Shown here: one piece after another, positions 20,113-29,845 of the stretch | Numbering within the stretch: position 1 is the first letter of the stretch | How the letters are laid out: each line of letters starts with the position of its first letter | DNA from: Pelagomonas calceolata | Lineage: Eukaryota | Direction: 5' to 3' | Length of the DNA stretch: 64,000 nucleotides | Assembly: GCA_918797485.1 (NCBI GenBank) | Contig: CAKKNE010000004.1 | Span: 4,774,001 to 4,838,000, forward strand | The notes under the pieces: model-generated | Database searches by the model: none | The model's input: only the letters and a program-made list of their open reading frames with translations | What the model was told of the DNA's origin: nothing | Position numbers and translations under genes: made by a program

Positions 20113-20224
20113 CGACGTGTCTGTCCGGGTTTCATGACGTCCGTACGATTGACATTGTTTCGTTTTCCCCCAAGGTACTTGAGGTGCATGAGCAGAGCCA
20201 CAAAAAATTGCTGCTCGGCTAGGC

Positions 20225-20246
20225 CTAGTGTCTTACAGGCCGCTAG
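20225..20246 (-). promoter_or_regulatory. CTAG-bounded motif, type A (reverse complement CTAGCGGCCTGTAAGACACTAG)
   Basis: About 110 bp upstream of the ATG at 20112(-). Confidence 0.6.
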
Positions 20247-20319
20247 CACGCGTTTCCTAAACGCGAGCCCTGGACTTCGACGACGAAGAGAAACAACACA
20301 AATTAATACCTAGGCTTCG

Positions 20320-21306
20320 TCAGCGGCAGCGCCGTCGGGCCGCGGCCGGTCCGCCGTCGAGCATGCGGTTCCACTGGTGGACGACGGCCGCCGCGGCGCC
20401 CTTCACAAAAACGGCGCCGTCGCGGAGCTCGTAGTCGGACCCGAGGCGCTGGCCGTTGCCCGTGAAGAGCAAATCCGACCGCGTCACGTTATACGCGAGA
20501 GCAAAGGCGCTCTCTAGTAACGCGTTGTGGACGCCCTGGTCGAACCCTCGGTAGAAATTGAACGGAATCGACCGGGGCATGTCGTGCATGACGCGCGGCG
20601 GCAGCAGCGCCGCGAGCTCCGACGCCATCGTTTCTAAATACGCGCGCATCGCGTCCCGCCCCCCGGCCGTCGCGCCCGAGCAGCTCACGCGCCGCGCGCC
20701 CACCACCCGAAAGAGAGGCGGCCCGTAGAGGCACTGGACCCAGTAGCGGTTGCCGCCCGAGGGTTCCGAGGCGACGGTGTAGCGCGCGCTCTCGTCCGAG
20801 ACGACGAGATGCCGCGGGTCCCTCACGAGCGCGAACGGGTCGCGCTGGAAGACGACGTCCGTCGCGTCCGAGACGCCGAGCGTCTTGACGTCGGGGTTCG
20901 CGGCGAGGAAGTGCGCGTAAGCCCGGTACCGCGCGTGTTGCACGAGCGCGGACGCGTCCTCGGACGGCGGTAGTCTGAGCGCGCGGACGCGCTCGCCGAG
21001 CCCCGCGATCTCGGCCAGGTCGGTCGCGGTCCGATTCCAAACGAGGACGAACAAAGAGCCCTTGCTCGTCGCCGCTAAGAAAGAGCACGCGAAGGGCCGG
21101 ACCTTCCGCCAGCGGACGCCTTGGACGGCGCCGAGCCACGCGAGGGCCACGCCCGGCGCGCGCAGGGCGTCGACGAGCCGCGCGTCGAGCGCGAACGTCG
21201 CCGGCCGCTCGACGGCGTCGTGGCGCAGGTGCTTCGACGGGCAGTCGCGCGGGACGGCGGCCGCGACGGCGGCCGCGACGGCGAGCAGCCTAACACGCCG
21301 CAGCAT
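20320..21306 (-). CDS. Secreted GT-A fold glycosyltransferase-like protein
   Basis: Signal peptide; 'VSDATDVVFQRDPF', 'CSGATAG', 'DQGVHN' and 'VVHQWNR'. Confidence 0.65.
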   Translation of the reverse strand: MLRRVRLLAVAAAVAAAVPRDCPSKHLRHDAVERPATFALDARLVDALRAPGVALAWLGAVQGVRWRKVRPFACSFLAATSKGSLFVLVWNRTATDLAEIAGLGERVRALRLPPSEDASALVQHARYRAYAHFLAANPDVKTLGVSDATDVVFQRDPFALVRDPRHLVVSDESARYTVASEPSGGNRYWVQCLYGPPLFRVVGARRVSCSGATAGGRDAMRAYLETMASELAALLPPRVMHDMPRSIPFNFYRGFDQGVHNALLESAFALAYNVTRSDLLFTGNGQRLGSDYELRDGAVFVKGAAAAVVHQWNRMLDGGPAAARRRCR

Positions 21307-21512
21307 GGCGCGCGGCGACGAGCGACAAAGAAAGCAGCAGCCGCAGCATGGCGGCTGCCCAAACTCGTACTGCTATCCCCATGGCGTCATCGATGTGTCT
21401 CACGAGAGATGCAGAGCCAAAAACAAGGCAATTTGCCAGCCCCGCACGAAATTGTTGGGGCGATCTTTTAGAACATACGGACCTCGACGACGAAGAGAAA
21501 CAGCACAAAATA

Positions 21513-22562
21513 TTACACAGGCTTCGTCAGTGGCAGCGCCGTCGGGTACCCGAGGATCTCAAAGTCCTCCCGATACAACCGCAGCGCCGCCGCCGCCGTC
21601 TTGTCGTCGTAGAACTCGCCGACGCGGTCGCTCGCGCCCGTCGGGTGCACCGCGCCGACGTTCGAGGCTTCCGCGCCGCCGCAGTCGCCGTAGAAGCAGG
21701 GCTTCGACTTCCAGCGCCGCCAGCCGGCTCCTTCCAAGAACGTGAGGCCTAACGTCTCGTTCAAGCAGGGGAGCCAGCTCTGCATATGCTCCAGGCGCAG
21801 CAACTGCAGCCGCCGCGCGCCGCCCAACAAACAGCCCTGGCTCTGGGGGCAGAGGTGGTGGTCGACCCGGCAGAGGTCGTACCGCTCCGTGGCCTCCTCG
21901 ACGAGCTTGACGAAGTCCGCGAACGACGGCGCGTGCTTCGGAGTACGTTCCATCTCAGCGATCTCGTCGGGAAAGGCGCCCGACTGCGCCAACAGGTCGT
22001 GGTCGCAGTTCCCGCTCGCTTCCTTGCCCGTCTTTTCACCCTCGCCGAAGCACCTGAGTACCTTATCCAGGTAGGTCGAGAGCAACCGGGTATAGGGGTT
22101 CCGGCTCACGACGTAGACCGTGTCGGTGGCCGTGACGGTGGTCATCCACACGTCGGGGTGCTTTCCTTTCTCGCCCTTGCTTATCTCCTGCTGCGGAATT
22201 TGCCCGTAGGTCATCGCGTAGATGAGCAGGCTAAAGTCGCGGTTGCCGTTTTTTTGCGGCACGCAGAGCACGCTGCGGCCGCATCGCGTCGGAAAGCGCA
22301 GTCGATGCGCTTGGCACCAGAGCGATGGTGGGCTCGCGGGCACCGGGAGCGCGGCACCGCACGCCGGCAGCGCGTCCCTTCGTCTCCCTTCTTTTTCGTA
22401 CGCGTCGGCCGTTTGCTTCTTCAAGCGGCGCTGCGCCGGCCGGCCATCTCTGCTATGCTCGAAGCAGCGGTCTCGCTTGTCCGTGTAGTTGCGGTAGATC
22501 TCGCTGCCGCGGGCCGCTGCGCTGGACGTGATGAGGGCGAGGGTGGCTAGGACTGCGCGCAT
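21513..22562 (-). CDS. Carbohydrate sulfotransferase (Sulfotransfer_2 / CHST-like)
   Basis: Signal peptide; 'CVPQKNG', 'RNPYTRLLSTYLDK', 'SFADFV', 'DHHLCPQ', 'LRLE' and 'LYREDFEILGY'. Confidence 0.85.
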   Translation of the reverse strand: MRAVLATLALITSSAAARGSEIYRNYTDKRDRCFEHSRDGRPAQRRLKKQTADAYEKEGRRRDALPACGAALPVPASPPSLWCQAHRLRFPTRCGRSVLCVPQKNGNRDFSLLIYAMTYGQIPQQEISKGEKGKHPDVWMTTVTATDTVYVVSRNPYTRLLSTYLDKVLRCFGEGEKTGKEASGNCDHDLLAQSGAFPDEIAEMERTPKHAPSFADFVKLVEEATERYDLCRVDHHLCPQSQGCLLGGARRLQLLRLEHMQSWLPCLNETLGLTFLEGAGWRRWKSKPCFYGDCGGAEASNVGAVHPTGASDRVGEFYDDKTAAAALRLYREDFEILGYPTALPLTKPV

Positions 22563-22887
22563 CGATCTTACTTGGCTGCCATCCCATTTATTTCTATGAA
22601 TGCTTGCATCTACGCTTTAAGGGCAGCTGTGCGCTCGCAATTAAATTTTTACGTCTACGTACACCGTACGAGATTTTGCTAGAGTGTTTATATTAGCAAT
22701 GGCGGTCGTGGTGTGAGGCTTGTCACAATACGCGACCCCCTCTCACTATCTCTGTTTGCTGTCCCTCGACGTCAACAGAAAACCACGAGCACTGCGTCGA
22801 GCAGACGAGTTCTAACATATCCCGTCGAACGAAGTAGAACATCATACCCCGCCGAAGGGACACGAGTTGAATACGACTTGGATAAGT

Positions 22888-24584
22888 TTAAACTACGCAG
22901 GCACGCCCGTCATCAGCGTCACCGTCCGGCCCGCACCACGGCGGCCTAAACACGAAAACGCGCAGCAGCCCCTGGGCCAGCCGCGACATGTAAAAGGCGC
23001 CGAGCACGGCGAAGGTCCCGCGGACGCCCATGCCCGTGCGCTTCGTCAGGAAGAACGTCGCCACGGCAGTCGCCGTGTTCAAAATCTGCGTCCGTGACAA
23101 AAAGCCCAGGTCGCCCGTTCCTAACAAAGTGCCCTCCGAGATCTGCACGAACGGTAGTAAACAGGCCGCGCCGGCGACGAGCGGCCCGAAGGACCGGATC
23201 GTCGCGTCGAGGCTCCGGTCCTGGGCGAAGACGTGGGGCGCGTTCGCGCACGCGTACGACGCGCCGCCCAACAACAACCCGAGGGGCCAGGCGCAGGTCA
23301 TGAGCATCAACAAAAACTGCTGCGTCTTCGGCCGCCCGCCGACGTCCTCGGGCCGTTCGGACGCGAGCGCCGGCAGGAACACCGCCGCGGCCTGCTTTAG
23401 GGGATAGGTGACGAACGTCAGGAACGTCGTCGGGTTCCAGAGCGCCTGGAAGGCCGCCGTCGCCGCCACACTAAATTGGGTTCCCATCGACTGGATCACG
23501 CCGTAGCAGACGGACAGGCCCATCTCGAACACAAAAAGCGGCTTCGCCGCCTTGAATAAGCTTGAGGCGGCCTCCTTCGTCGGTAGACGCAGCTTGACGG
23601 GCAACCTATCGCGCTTTCTCGACAACCAGAGGAGGTACGGCAGGCACGCGGCCTGGGAGAAAAGCGTCGCCCAGGCGGCGCCGACGGCGCCCAGCTTCGG
23701 CACTAACAATAAGTCGCCCACGATGTTCAAGACGCAGGCCATGGACACGGCCCGCAAGGGCGTCGCCGAGTCGCGCTGCGCGAGGAGCCCGGCCTGCGCG
23801 ACCATGGACGCCAGCACGACGGGCGAGCCGACGGCGCGCACCCTTAGATAGGCCGTGCTCCGCGGAACGAGCTCGGGCACGCAGCCCGTCAGCCGGACGA
23901 CGCGCGGGCCGAGGCCCACCATCAACCTGTGTGGAAATCAAAATTTTACGGCGCGTTCGTGCGTCGTCGCGTCGTCCTCCACGCCATCTTCATGATATCT
24001 GCTCGATGGCGTGGCGGTGCCGTGTGCCTCGCCGCTCGACGGAGCCAGCACGGCAGCGTCATCGCCGAGAAATGACTTAGGGAAGAATTATCGGGTGCAC
24101 CCGACTCACTGTTTGATTTCCACACAGCCATCAACGCGGCGACGGCGAGGCCGCAGAGCGCCGCGACGCTCACGGCCCCGGACAATGTTTCGGTTGCCGC
24201 CTTCTTGTTGTCTCTGGCTAATGCGGCGGCGACGTTCACCGTCGTGGCGGCGTTGAGGAAGAAAAAACCGTAATTGACAAAATTGAACACAGCTAAAGCC
24301 GGCCCGAGCGACGCGAATTCTAAGGTCGAGCAGGACCGGCCGCAGACCAGCGCGTCGAACATGCTCATCAGCGGGTCCGCGAGGACCGTCGACAGCGCCG
24401 GCGCCGCGAAGACGAGGACCTCGCTCCGCTTCCGCCTTCGCCAGGTTCTGCGTTCCTCTGCTAGTTGTGCCGGCGTTTCGTCTGTTATTGCGGTAGCTCG
24501 TTTTGTTCTTATTATATGTTTGCGCGTCGGGAGCTGGAGAGAGCATGCTGCTGCCGCCAGGAGGGCGGCTCTGAGCAGCCGCAT
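22888..24584 (-). CDS. MATE family transporter, probably plastid-targeted; exons 24584-24136 and 23926-22888
   Basis: 'FAAPAL..LADPLMSMFD', 'YLRVRA' and 'LNIVGDLLLVP.LGAVGAAWAT'. Intron removal restores the frame. Confidence 0.85.
23927..24135 (-). mobile_element. Introner intron, family A
   Basis: TIRs bound 23927-24127; perfect 8-bp TSD CCATCAAC at 23919-23926 and 24128-24135. Confidence 0.95.
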
Positions 24585-25107
24585 TGTGGCTAGACCCCCA
24601 GGTTGCAACCGTCCGCGAGGAGTTAGAAATGAATGAGTGCGCGAGGAGTTCGCTGCTGCAGCACGAGCGAGGACGAGCGCGCGCGCGCTTTTTGGGCAAG
24701 AGGTACTATACTTATATGTATACATAGGGTAAGGTACCTTGTTTTGGGGAACCCGTCGCTCGACGTCTTCCGGAACAGCAGCTCCCGCGTACACCCCGCA
24801 CAGACCCCTTCGGCAGGCGTAATCGCTCAGAGCCCACTAGAATTTTCAGGGCATGATTTAGCCCAGCCAGACTTAGGAGCACCATAAAAGACAGTTCCCT
24901 TAGCGTTGCGAGGACGCTACAACGTTATTAGGTAGCCTCCACACTGCACAAAACGCTGCCAGAGACGCGCGCGCCCCTTGCGCACACCTCTGCCAAACAA
25001 GCAAAGACTTCGCAGCCGCGGTAAGCGCTCGCCATCCCATCCCGCCGGCGCGTCAAGCCCGGGACCATCAACCTTCCAGAACCAGCCACCCGACCACTCC
25101 TAAGAAA

Positions 25108-26142
25108 ATGAACGCCGCCGCCCCCGGCTCGACGACCGCGTCGACGGCGGTGAGAATAGTAAGCATCTCCGCGGCCCAAAACAAGCGCGGCAAGGACTGC
25201 TACGAGGGCGGCATGGGCGCGGGCCACTTCACGTGGTACAAGGACATGGGCGGCAACTCGAACTGGATGTACCTGGCCGTGACGAATGCCACGGACCACC
25301 ACGTCTCCCTAGCTTTGTGGCTCCTCTACGAGGCGGCGACGGAGCCGCTCGTCGATCCCCTCTGCACGTCGGGCGACATCCAGGTGGGCTTCTTCAACCA
25401 GTCCAAGAACATGAACCGGCAGGTGCCATTATTCGAGCTCGCCGAGGAGTCGAAGCCGATGTTGGAAATGGCCTCCGGGGAAGCCGCGACTCTGAAAGTG
25501 AGGATCAATGATTTGAGTTCGCACCACCAGAACCAGCGCTTCATCCTGGTCGCCGGTCCGGCGGACGCGCCGATCCGAGGGTCTCGCTCCGTTCCTATTG
25601 AGATTATGTCCAAGCCTCGACTCGAAGACAAGGTGAAGGAGGAGAAGCCCTCGCGGAAGCGGGCCAGCGCGGGCGACGGGCCGGCGTCGAAGCGAGCGGC
25701 CCTCGACGTGAACGCGTCGACGCCCTCGACGCTCTTAGCAGCTTTATCTGCTGTGACGGACCCCAATCCTACACCTCAGAGGCAGGCCGACCTGGCCTGC
25801 ACCTTGTTGAGTGCCTTGCCGGCTCCGGTGAAGCACACGGTCGCGGAACGATTGCTGCGGTCTCTGGAAAAACCCGTGAAGATGGCGATATTCGACAAAC
25901 TCGCGGCCGATTTACAGTTAGACGGCGGCGACGCCCAAGCGAGCAAGAAGGGCCCGCGCCCGAAGTTCAAGTCGCTCGCGAAGGCCATCGTCGAGTTCAA
26001 GCGGAACGAGCTCGGGCACAAGCGCGCGCGGTCCGAGGAGGGCGTCGGCGTGCTGTCCGAGGACGAGCTGAGGAGCTTCTTCGTCGACGAGGGCGGGGGG
26101 TCGCTCTTCGACTCGCTCTCGCCGCGGACGGGGGACGCGTGA
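25108..26142 (+). CDS. Hypothetical protein, possible Ig-fold DNA-binding domain with NLS-like basic tracts
   Basis: Long ORF with coding-like codon bias; 'KVRINDLSSHHQNQRF' and 'SVPIEIMSKP'. Confidence 0.5.
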   Translation: MNAAAPGSTTASTAVRIVSISAAQNKRGKDCYEGGMGAGHFTWYKDMGGNSNWMYLAVTNATDHHVSLALWLLYEAATEPLVDPLCTSGDIQVGFFNQSKNMNRQVPLFELAEESKPMLEMASGEAATLKVRINDLSSHHQNQRFILVAGPADAPIRGSRSVPIEIMSKPRLEDKVKEEKPSRKRASAGDGPASKRAALDVNASTPSTLLAALSAVTDPNPTPQRQADLACTLLSALPAPVKHTVAERLLRSLEKPVKMAIFDKLAADLQLDGGDAQASKKGPRPKFKSLAKAIVEFKRNELGHKRARSEEGVGVLSEDELRSFFVDEGGGSLFDSLSPRTGDA

Positions 26143-26168
26143 GGAGCGTAAGAACACAACATGTGACA

Positions 26169-27002
26169 TTAGCGACTGAGCGTCAGCCTCGACTTGACCG
26201 TGGCCACGGGCTGCGCGCCGTTCAGGTCCGCGAAGCCCGTCGCCTGGGGGTCGTAGACGTTCTGGATCTCCAGCGCCTCGATCATGGACGCGTTGTCGTC
26301 AAAGCGGTAGCGCGTCTGGAGGCGCCTGGCTAGAATCTGCGGCACGGCCGCGACGCCTCCCTGGGCGACGGCGACCCTTGAATATTCAGAAGACCCGAAG
26401 CCGCCGGGCCCGGGAGACTCGAAGCTGCGCTTCGTGACTTTCAGCTCAAGCAGCGCGCCCGTCGCGGACTCAAGCGTGCAAACATTTGGGTTGGAGGGCT
26501 CCCACCTCGCCTTCGCAGCCTCGAAGCCAGGACCGTAGGCACCCGCTCGCGCGCGCGACTCGGCCTCGAACGCGCGATCTATCACGACATGCTCGCCGTC
26601 GCCGTAGTCCAGGAATCGCGTCTCGTAGGACTCGGCTTCCGGAGACGACGCCAGCAGGCTTACAGCTCCAGTGCGAGCGGCGACCGTCCGTTGCACCTTC
26701 CATCGCCCCTTGAACGCGGCGGCTGGAAACAGTACGTCCGGTGGGCCGAGCCCGGGTATGTTCGAAGCCGCCTTTCGCACCGACTCGGCAGGCGTGTCCG
26801 CAGCTAGCGCGCTGGTGGGTGCGAGCGTTGCGGTCGATAAGAGCAGTCGCCGACGCGTCGTCGACGTCGTGGGTGCGTCAGTGCAGCTCTTTGCGTCCGC
26901 CAGCGACAAATGCAGTTTCCGCCGCGTCGTCGACGTCGTGGGTGCGAGCGCGTCAGTGCAACTTGCCAGTGCAAAGCAGTGCAGCAGCCGCATCGCTGCC
27001 AC
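26169..27002 (-). CDS. Plastid/thylakoid-lumen conserved protein (DUF6816-like)
   Basis: Bipartite presequence with RR plus a hydrophobic segment and ALA cleavage site; 'IPGLGPPDVLFP..FKGRW'. Confidence 0.6.
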   Translation of the reverse strand: MAAMRLLHCFALASCTDALAPTTSTTRRKLHLSLADAKSCTDAPTTSTTRRRLLLSTATLAPTSALAADTPAESVRKAASNIPGLGPPDVLFPAAAFKGRWKVQRTVAARTGAVSLLASSPEAESYETRFLDYGDGEHVVIDRAFEAESRARAGAYGPGFEAAKARWEPSNPNVCTLESATGALLELKVTKRSFESPGPGGFGSSEYSRVAVAQGGVAAVPQILARRLQTRYRFDDNASMIEALEIQNVYDPQATGFADLNGAQPVATVKSRLTLSR

Positions 27003-27104
27003 GCGTGCAGATCGCTGCGGCAGGGACGAGGTGCAGCAGGGACGAGCACAGACAAATACGTGAACGCGACCAAAAGCACGCGTTCGTACGAGCTAGACGA
27101 GGCA

Positions 27105-28516
27105 CCCACCGGCCTGGCTAGTAGGTTCGACAACGGCAACCCGCACGGCTTTTCGGGTTTTGTGGAGGCCAATTTGAGCAAATATTTACGACGAGGATGC
27201 AATGACTGGTCCTATGTGCCGTGCGATTGGGGGCCGCGGGGATGTCATTGGTATGGCTTTCGGGGCGGTTGGTGAGGCCAGCTCGAGCGTGTTGGATCAC
27301 GCGAAGGCTTGTGCGGAGGCGATTAGCAAGGAAGCTATGTCGGAGGGCGATGTGGATGCAGTGACGAAGGATACGGGTTATGGTCGCGTCTTGGGCGAGA
27401 TCATCAGGGATTGGGGCGTCGCGTGCGCAAAGCGGAGGGCGGAATGTTTGCTCAAGCTGGTGTCCAAGACCGTTCCTAACTTAAGCACGGCCAGTGGCGG
27501 AGGTCGTTTGGCGACGGACTACAACAAGTTCACTCGGCGTTGCCGGGTGGTGGCGCAATCGGCGCGGCGGTCGGCCGCGTCATATTTCGGACCGACCGGA
27601 TTACCTGGGCAAGCAGGCGGCGCACAGGCCGGTCAACCAGGGCTAGCTCATAGTCCTCTCTTTACTCATACAGGTAGCGGTGACACGACTCGGCCTGGGC
27701 ATGTGGCAGACGATTACAATCCTCCAGTGCCCCCCCAGGTAGACCCTGCTCCCAGACCCGACGGTGAAGACGTGACGCTGGATTCGGACCTTTAGAGGCC
27801 TGGTTCTAGTCGTCCATCCCCCCTCAGCTAGGCTAGCGTCCCCAAAACCGAGTAACTAGTCTCTCTCTAATTTGAGCAAATCGGCACTGGTGAAGGTCAT
27901 CGCCAGCCGCTGCTTTTTGTGTCTATCGACCAAAAAACTTATTTAAGGCCGCCTTGCGCAAAAAGCAGCGGCTGCCGCCCAATATTGACAAAAATCGGTG
28001 TATTCCCTCTAGGCTGCCCCGATACGCTCGTTTGGGGCGCCCGGGCGGCTAAAATCCCCCGGGACCGTCGGAGATGCCCGACGCGGTGGCTGGGAAGGCC
28101 CGAGCCAAATCTCGCCTTTAGTGGTGGCGTTTCCGGCCCGACGCGCGTTCACGTCGAGAACGCGGACCACACATAGACCGACATCCCATGGGCCGCTGCC
28201 GCTGCTTTTTGTCTCAGATCGTCGAAGGCCATACAAACTACGATACCCGACGCTGCGGTGGCCCGATCGGCGCGATACAGGGCAGCCAAAGGCTGTCGAG
28301 TGTCATTTTTCATGGTTTTTGGCCGTTTTCTCTGCGAGACGCAGCCCAATCGCTGCCGCGTCTTTTGCCACGTGTCGATAGGCTATTATGGCCTTTCTTT
28401 GTCAGTGAGTTTGTTGCACGCGGTTGCCCGCGCGTCGAGCTACTGGCTAAAAACCCTAAAAAAACTGAGTGCGGGGTCCCCTCACCGTCGTCGAACCTAC
28501 TAGCCAGGCCGGTGGG
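27105..28516. mobile_element. Non-autonomous TIR DNA transposon (CMC/EnSpm-like termini)
   Basis: Perfect 27-bp TIR CCCACCGGCCTGGCTAGTAGGTTCGAC at 27105-27131 and 28490-28516; flanked by CA on both sides; subterminal GCCGCTGCTTTTTG repeats. Confidence 0.85.
27202..27795 (+). CDS. ORF of unknown function inside the TIR element
   Basis: 197-aa ATG-initiated ORF with no recognisable DDE motif. Confidence 0.35.
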   Translation: MTGPMCRAIGGRGDVIGMAFGAVGEASSSVLDHAKACAEAISKEAMSEGDVDAVTKDTGYGRVLGEIIRDWGVACAKRRAECLLKLVSKTVPNLSTASGGGRLATDYNKFTRRCRVVAQSARRSAASYFGPTGLPGQAGGAQAGQPGLAHSPLFTHTGSGDTTRPGHVADDYNPPVPPQVDPAPRPDGEDVTLDSDL

Positions 28517-28531
28517 CAAGCGGCGGCAAAC

Positions 28532-28551
28532 ATAGCGTATCGACACACTAG
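28532..28551 (+). promoter_or_regulatory. CTAG-bounded motif, type B (ATAGCGTATCGACACACTAG)
   Basis: Would be about 115 bp upstream of 27002(-) if the transposon were removed. Confidence 0.5.
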
Positions 28552-28637
28552 CCTTTTGCCTACAAGTCGGCAAAGCCGCAAAGGGGTCGTCGATGCGGAG
28601 CGATGAGAGCCAAAAGAACAAAACAATACGCCTTACT

Positions 28638-29420
28638 TCATCCCCCCGGCGGCGGCCCCAGCGCGCCCGGCGGGTGCTTCTTCGAAATGAAGACGAGCGT
28701 CCGGCACCCGTCCAGCTCGAGGATCTCCGAGTCGACGGTCTCGAAGTCGAGCCGCTCGGGCAGCTCGTGCGTCACCGTGACCGCGAAGGCCCCGGGCCGC
28801 AGCGTCGCGAGCGCCGCCTGCGCCTCCTTCAAAGTATGTTTGTCGAAGGCCGCGCAGTGGCAGAAGGCCACGTCCGCCTCGCCGAGGTCCGCGCCGGCGA
28901 AGCTCGTATGACGGAACTCGAGCTCGGGCACGTCGATCGGCCGGCCGTCGTCCTCGCTCCGGCGCTGCGACGGCGGCAGCGCCTCGGGCGCTTTGTCGTC
29001 GTACCGCTGCTTGAGTTCGAGGGCCATCGTATGCAATCCCTCGAGGACCTCGATGCCCACGACGGCCTCGAAGGGGTAGCACACGGCGGCCTGGAGGCAG
29101 GCCTTGCCCAGGCCCGACCCGAGGTCGTAGAAGACGCCCTCGCCGTCCTCCTGGAGCTTGCCGCTGCCTTCGCCGTATTTATCCTGGATCTTGCCCAGGG
29201 TCCGCTGCAGCGCGGGCAGCGAGCACTCCGTGTAGCGCAGCGCGTCGGCGGGCGCGGCCATCGTCCCCGCCTTCTTCGTGTCCTCACGCTCCTTCAGGCT
29301 GATGCACGCGCCGAGCATGGGCGCGTCCAGGTCGCCCAGGATCGCGGCGTAGGCTTCGGCGGCGCGCCCGTCGCGGCGCTTGCGGTTGAGCTGGCGCCTT
29401 TGCTCGGCCGTGATCGGCAT
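28638..29420 (-). CDS. DOT1-like SAM-dependent methyltransferase
   Basis: 'LRYTE', 'FYDLGSGLGK' and 'VVGIEVL'. Confidence 0.75.
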   Translation of the reverse strand: MPITAEQRRQLNRKRRDGRAAEAYAAILGDLDAPMLGACISLKEREDTKKAGTMAAPADALRYTECSLPALQRTLGKIQDKYGEGSGKLQEDGEGVFYDLGSGLGKACLQAAVCYPFEAVVGIEVLEGLHTMALELKQRYDDKAPEALPPSQRRSEDDGRPIDVPELEFRHTSFAGADLGEADVAFCHCAAFDKHTLKEAQAALATLRPGAFAVTVTHELPERLDFETVDSEILELDGCRTLVFISKKHPPGALGPPPGG

Positions 29421-29650
29421 GGTGGCGCGGCGCGTTCAAGTGAGCTGCCCAGTCGATGTCACGCTACACACGGTCGACGCGTAGTTGCCCCGTCAAGGTT
29501 ACTCTATACACACGATTGACGGCGCGGCGCGTAGGGCTGCCCCGGTGGCGGATCGGCTGTCTACGGACACGCTATATACGATCTATGAGGTCCGGGGGAC
29601 GCAAGGAGCCCCAACAAAAGCTGCCCCAATTGCAAGCGCAGCGCTATGCC

Positions 29651-29670
29651 CTAGTGTGTTGATACGCTAG
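29651..29670 (-). promoter_or_regulatory. CTAG-bounded motif, type B (reverse complement CTAGCGTATCAACACACTAG)
   Basis: Lies in the divergent gap 29420(-)/29846(+). Confidence 0.6.
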
Positions 29671-29845
29671 CAAAAAGCCGTGGGGTGGCGCTAACTTTTG
29701 CAGCGCTTGCCAAGGCCTTGAACGCCGAGGACGCCTTCGTGGGGCTGCTGGGGACGCCCTTCTTGGGTCTCCTCGGGCGTCGAGAGCTTAGCGCTCAGGA
29801 CCAGGCGTCAGGCAGCCGGGCAGGGCAGCCCAATCAGCCGCGACC

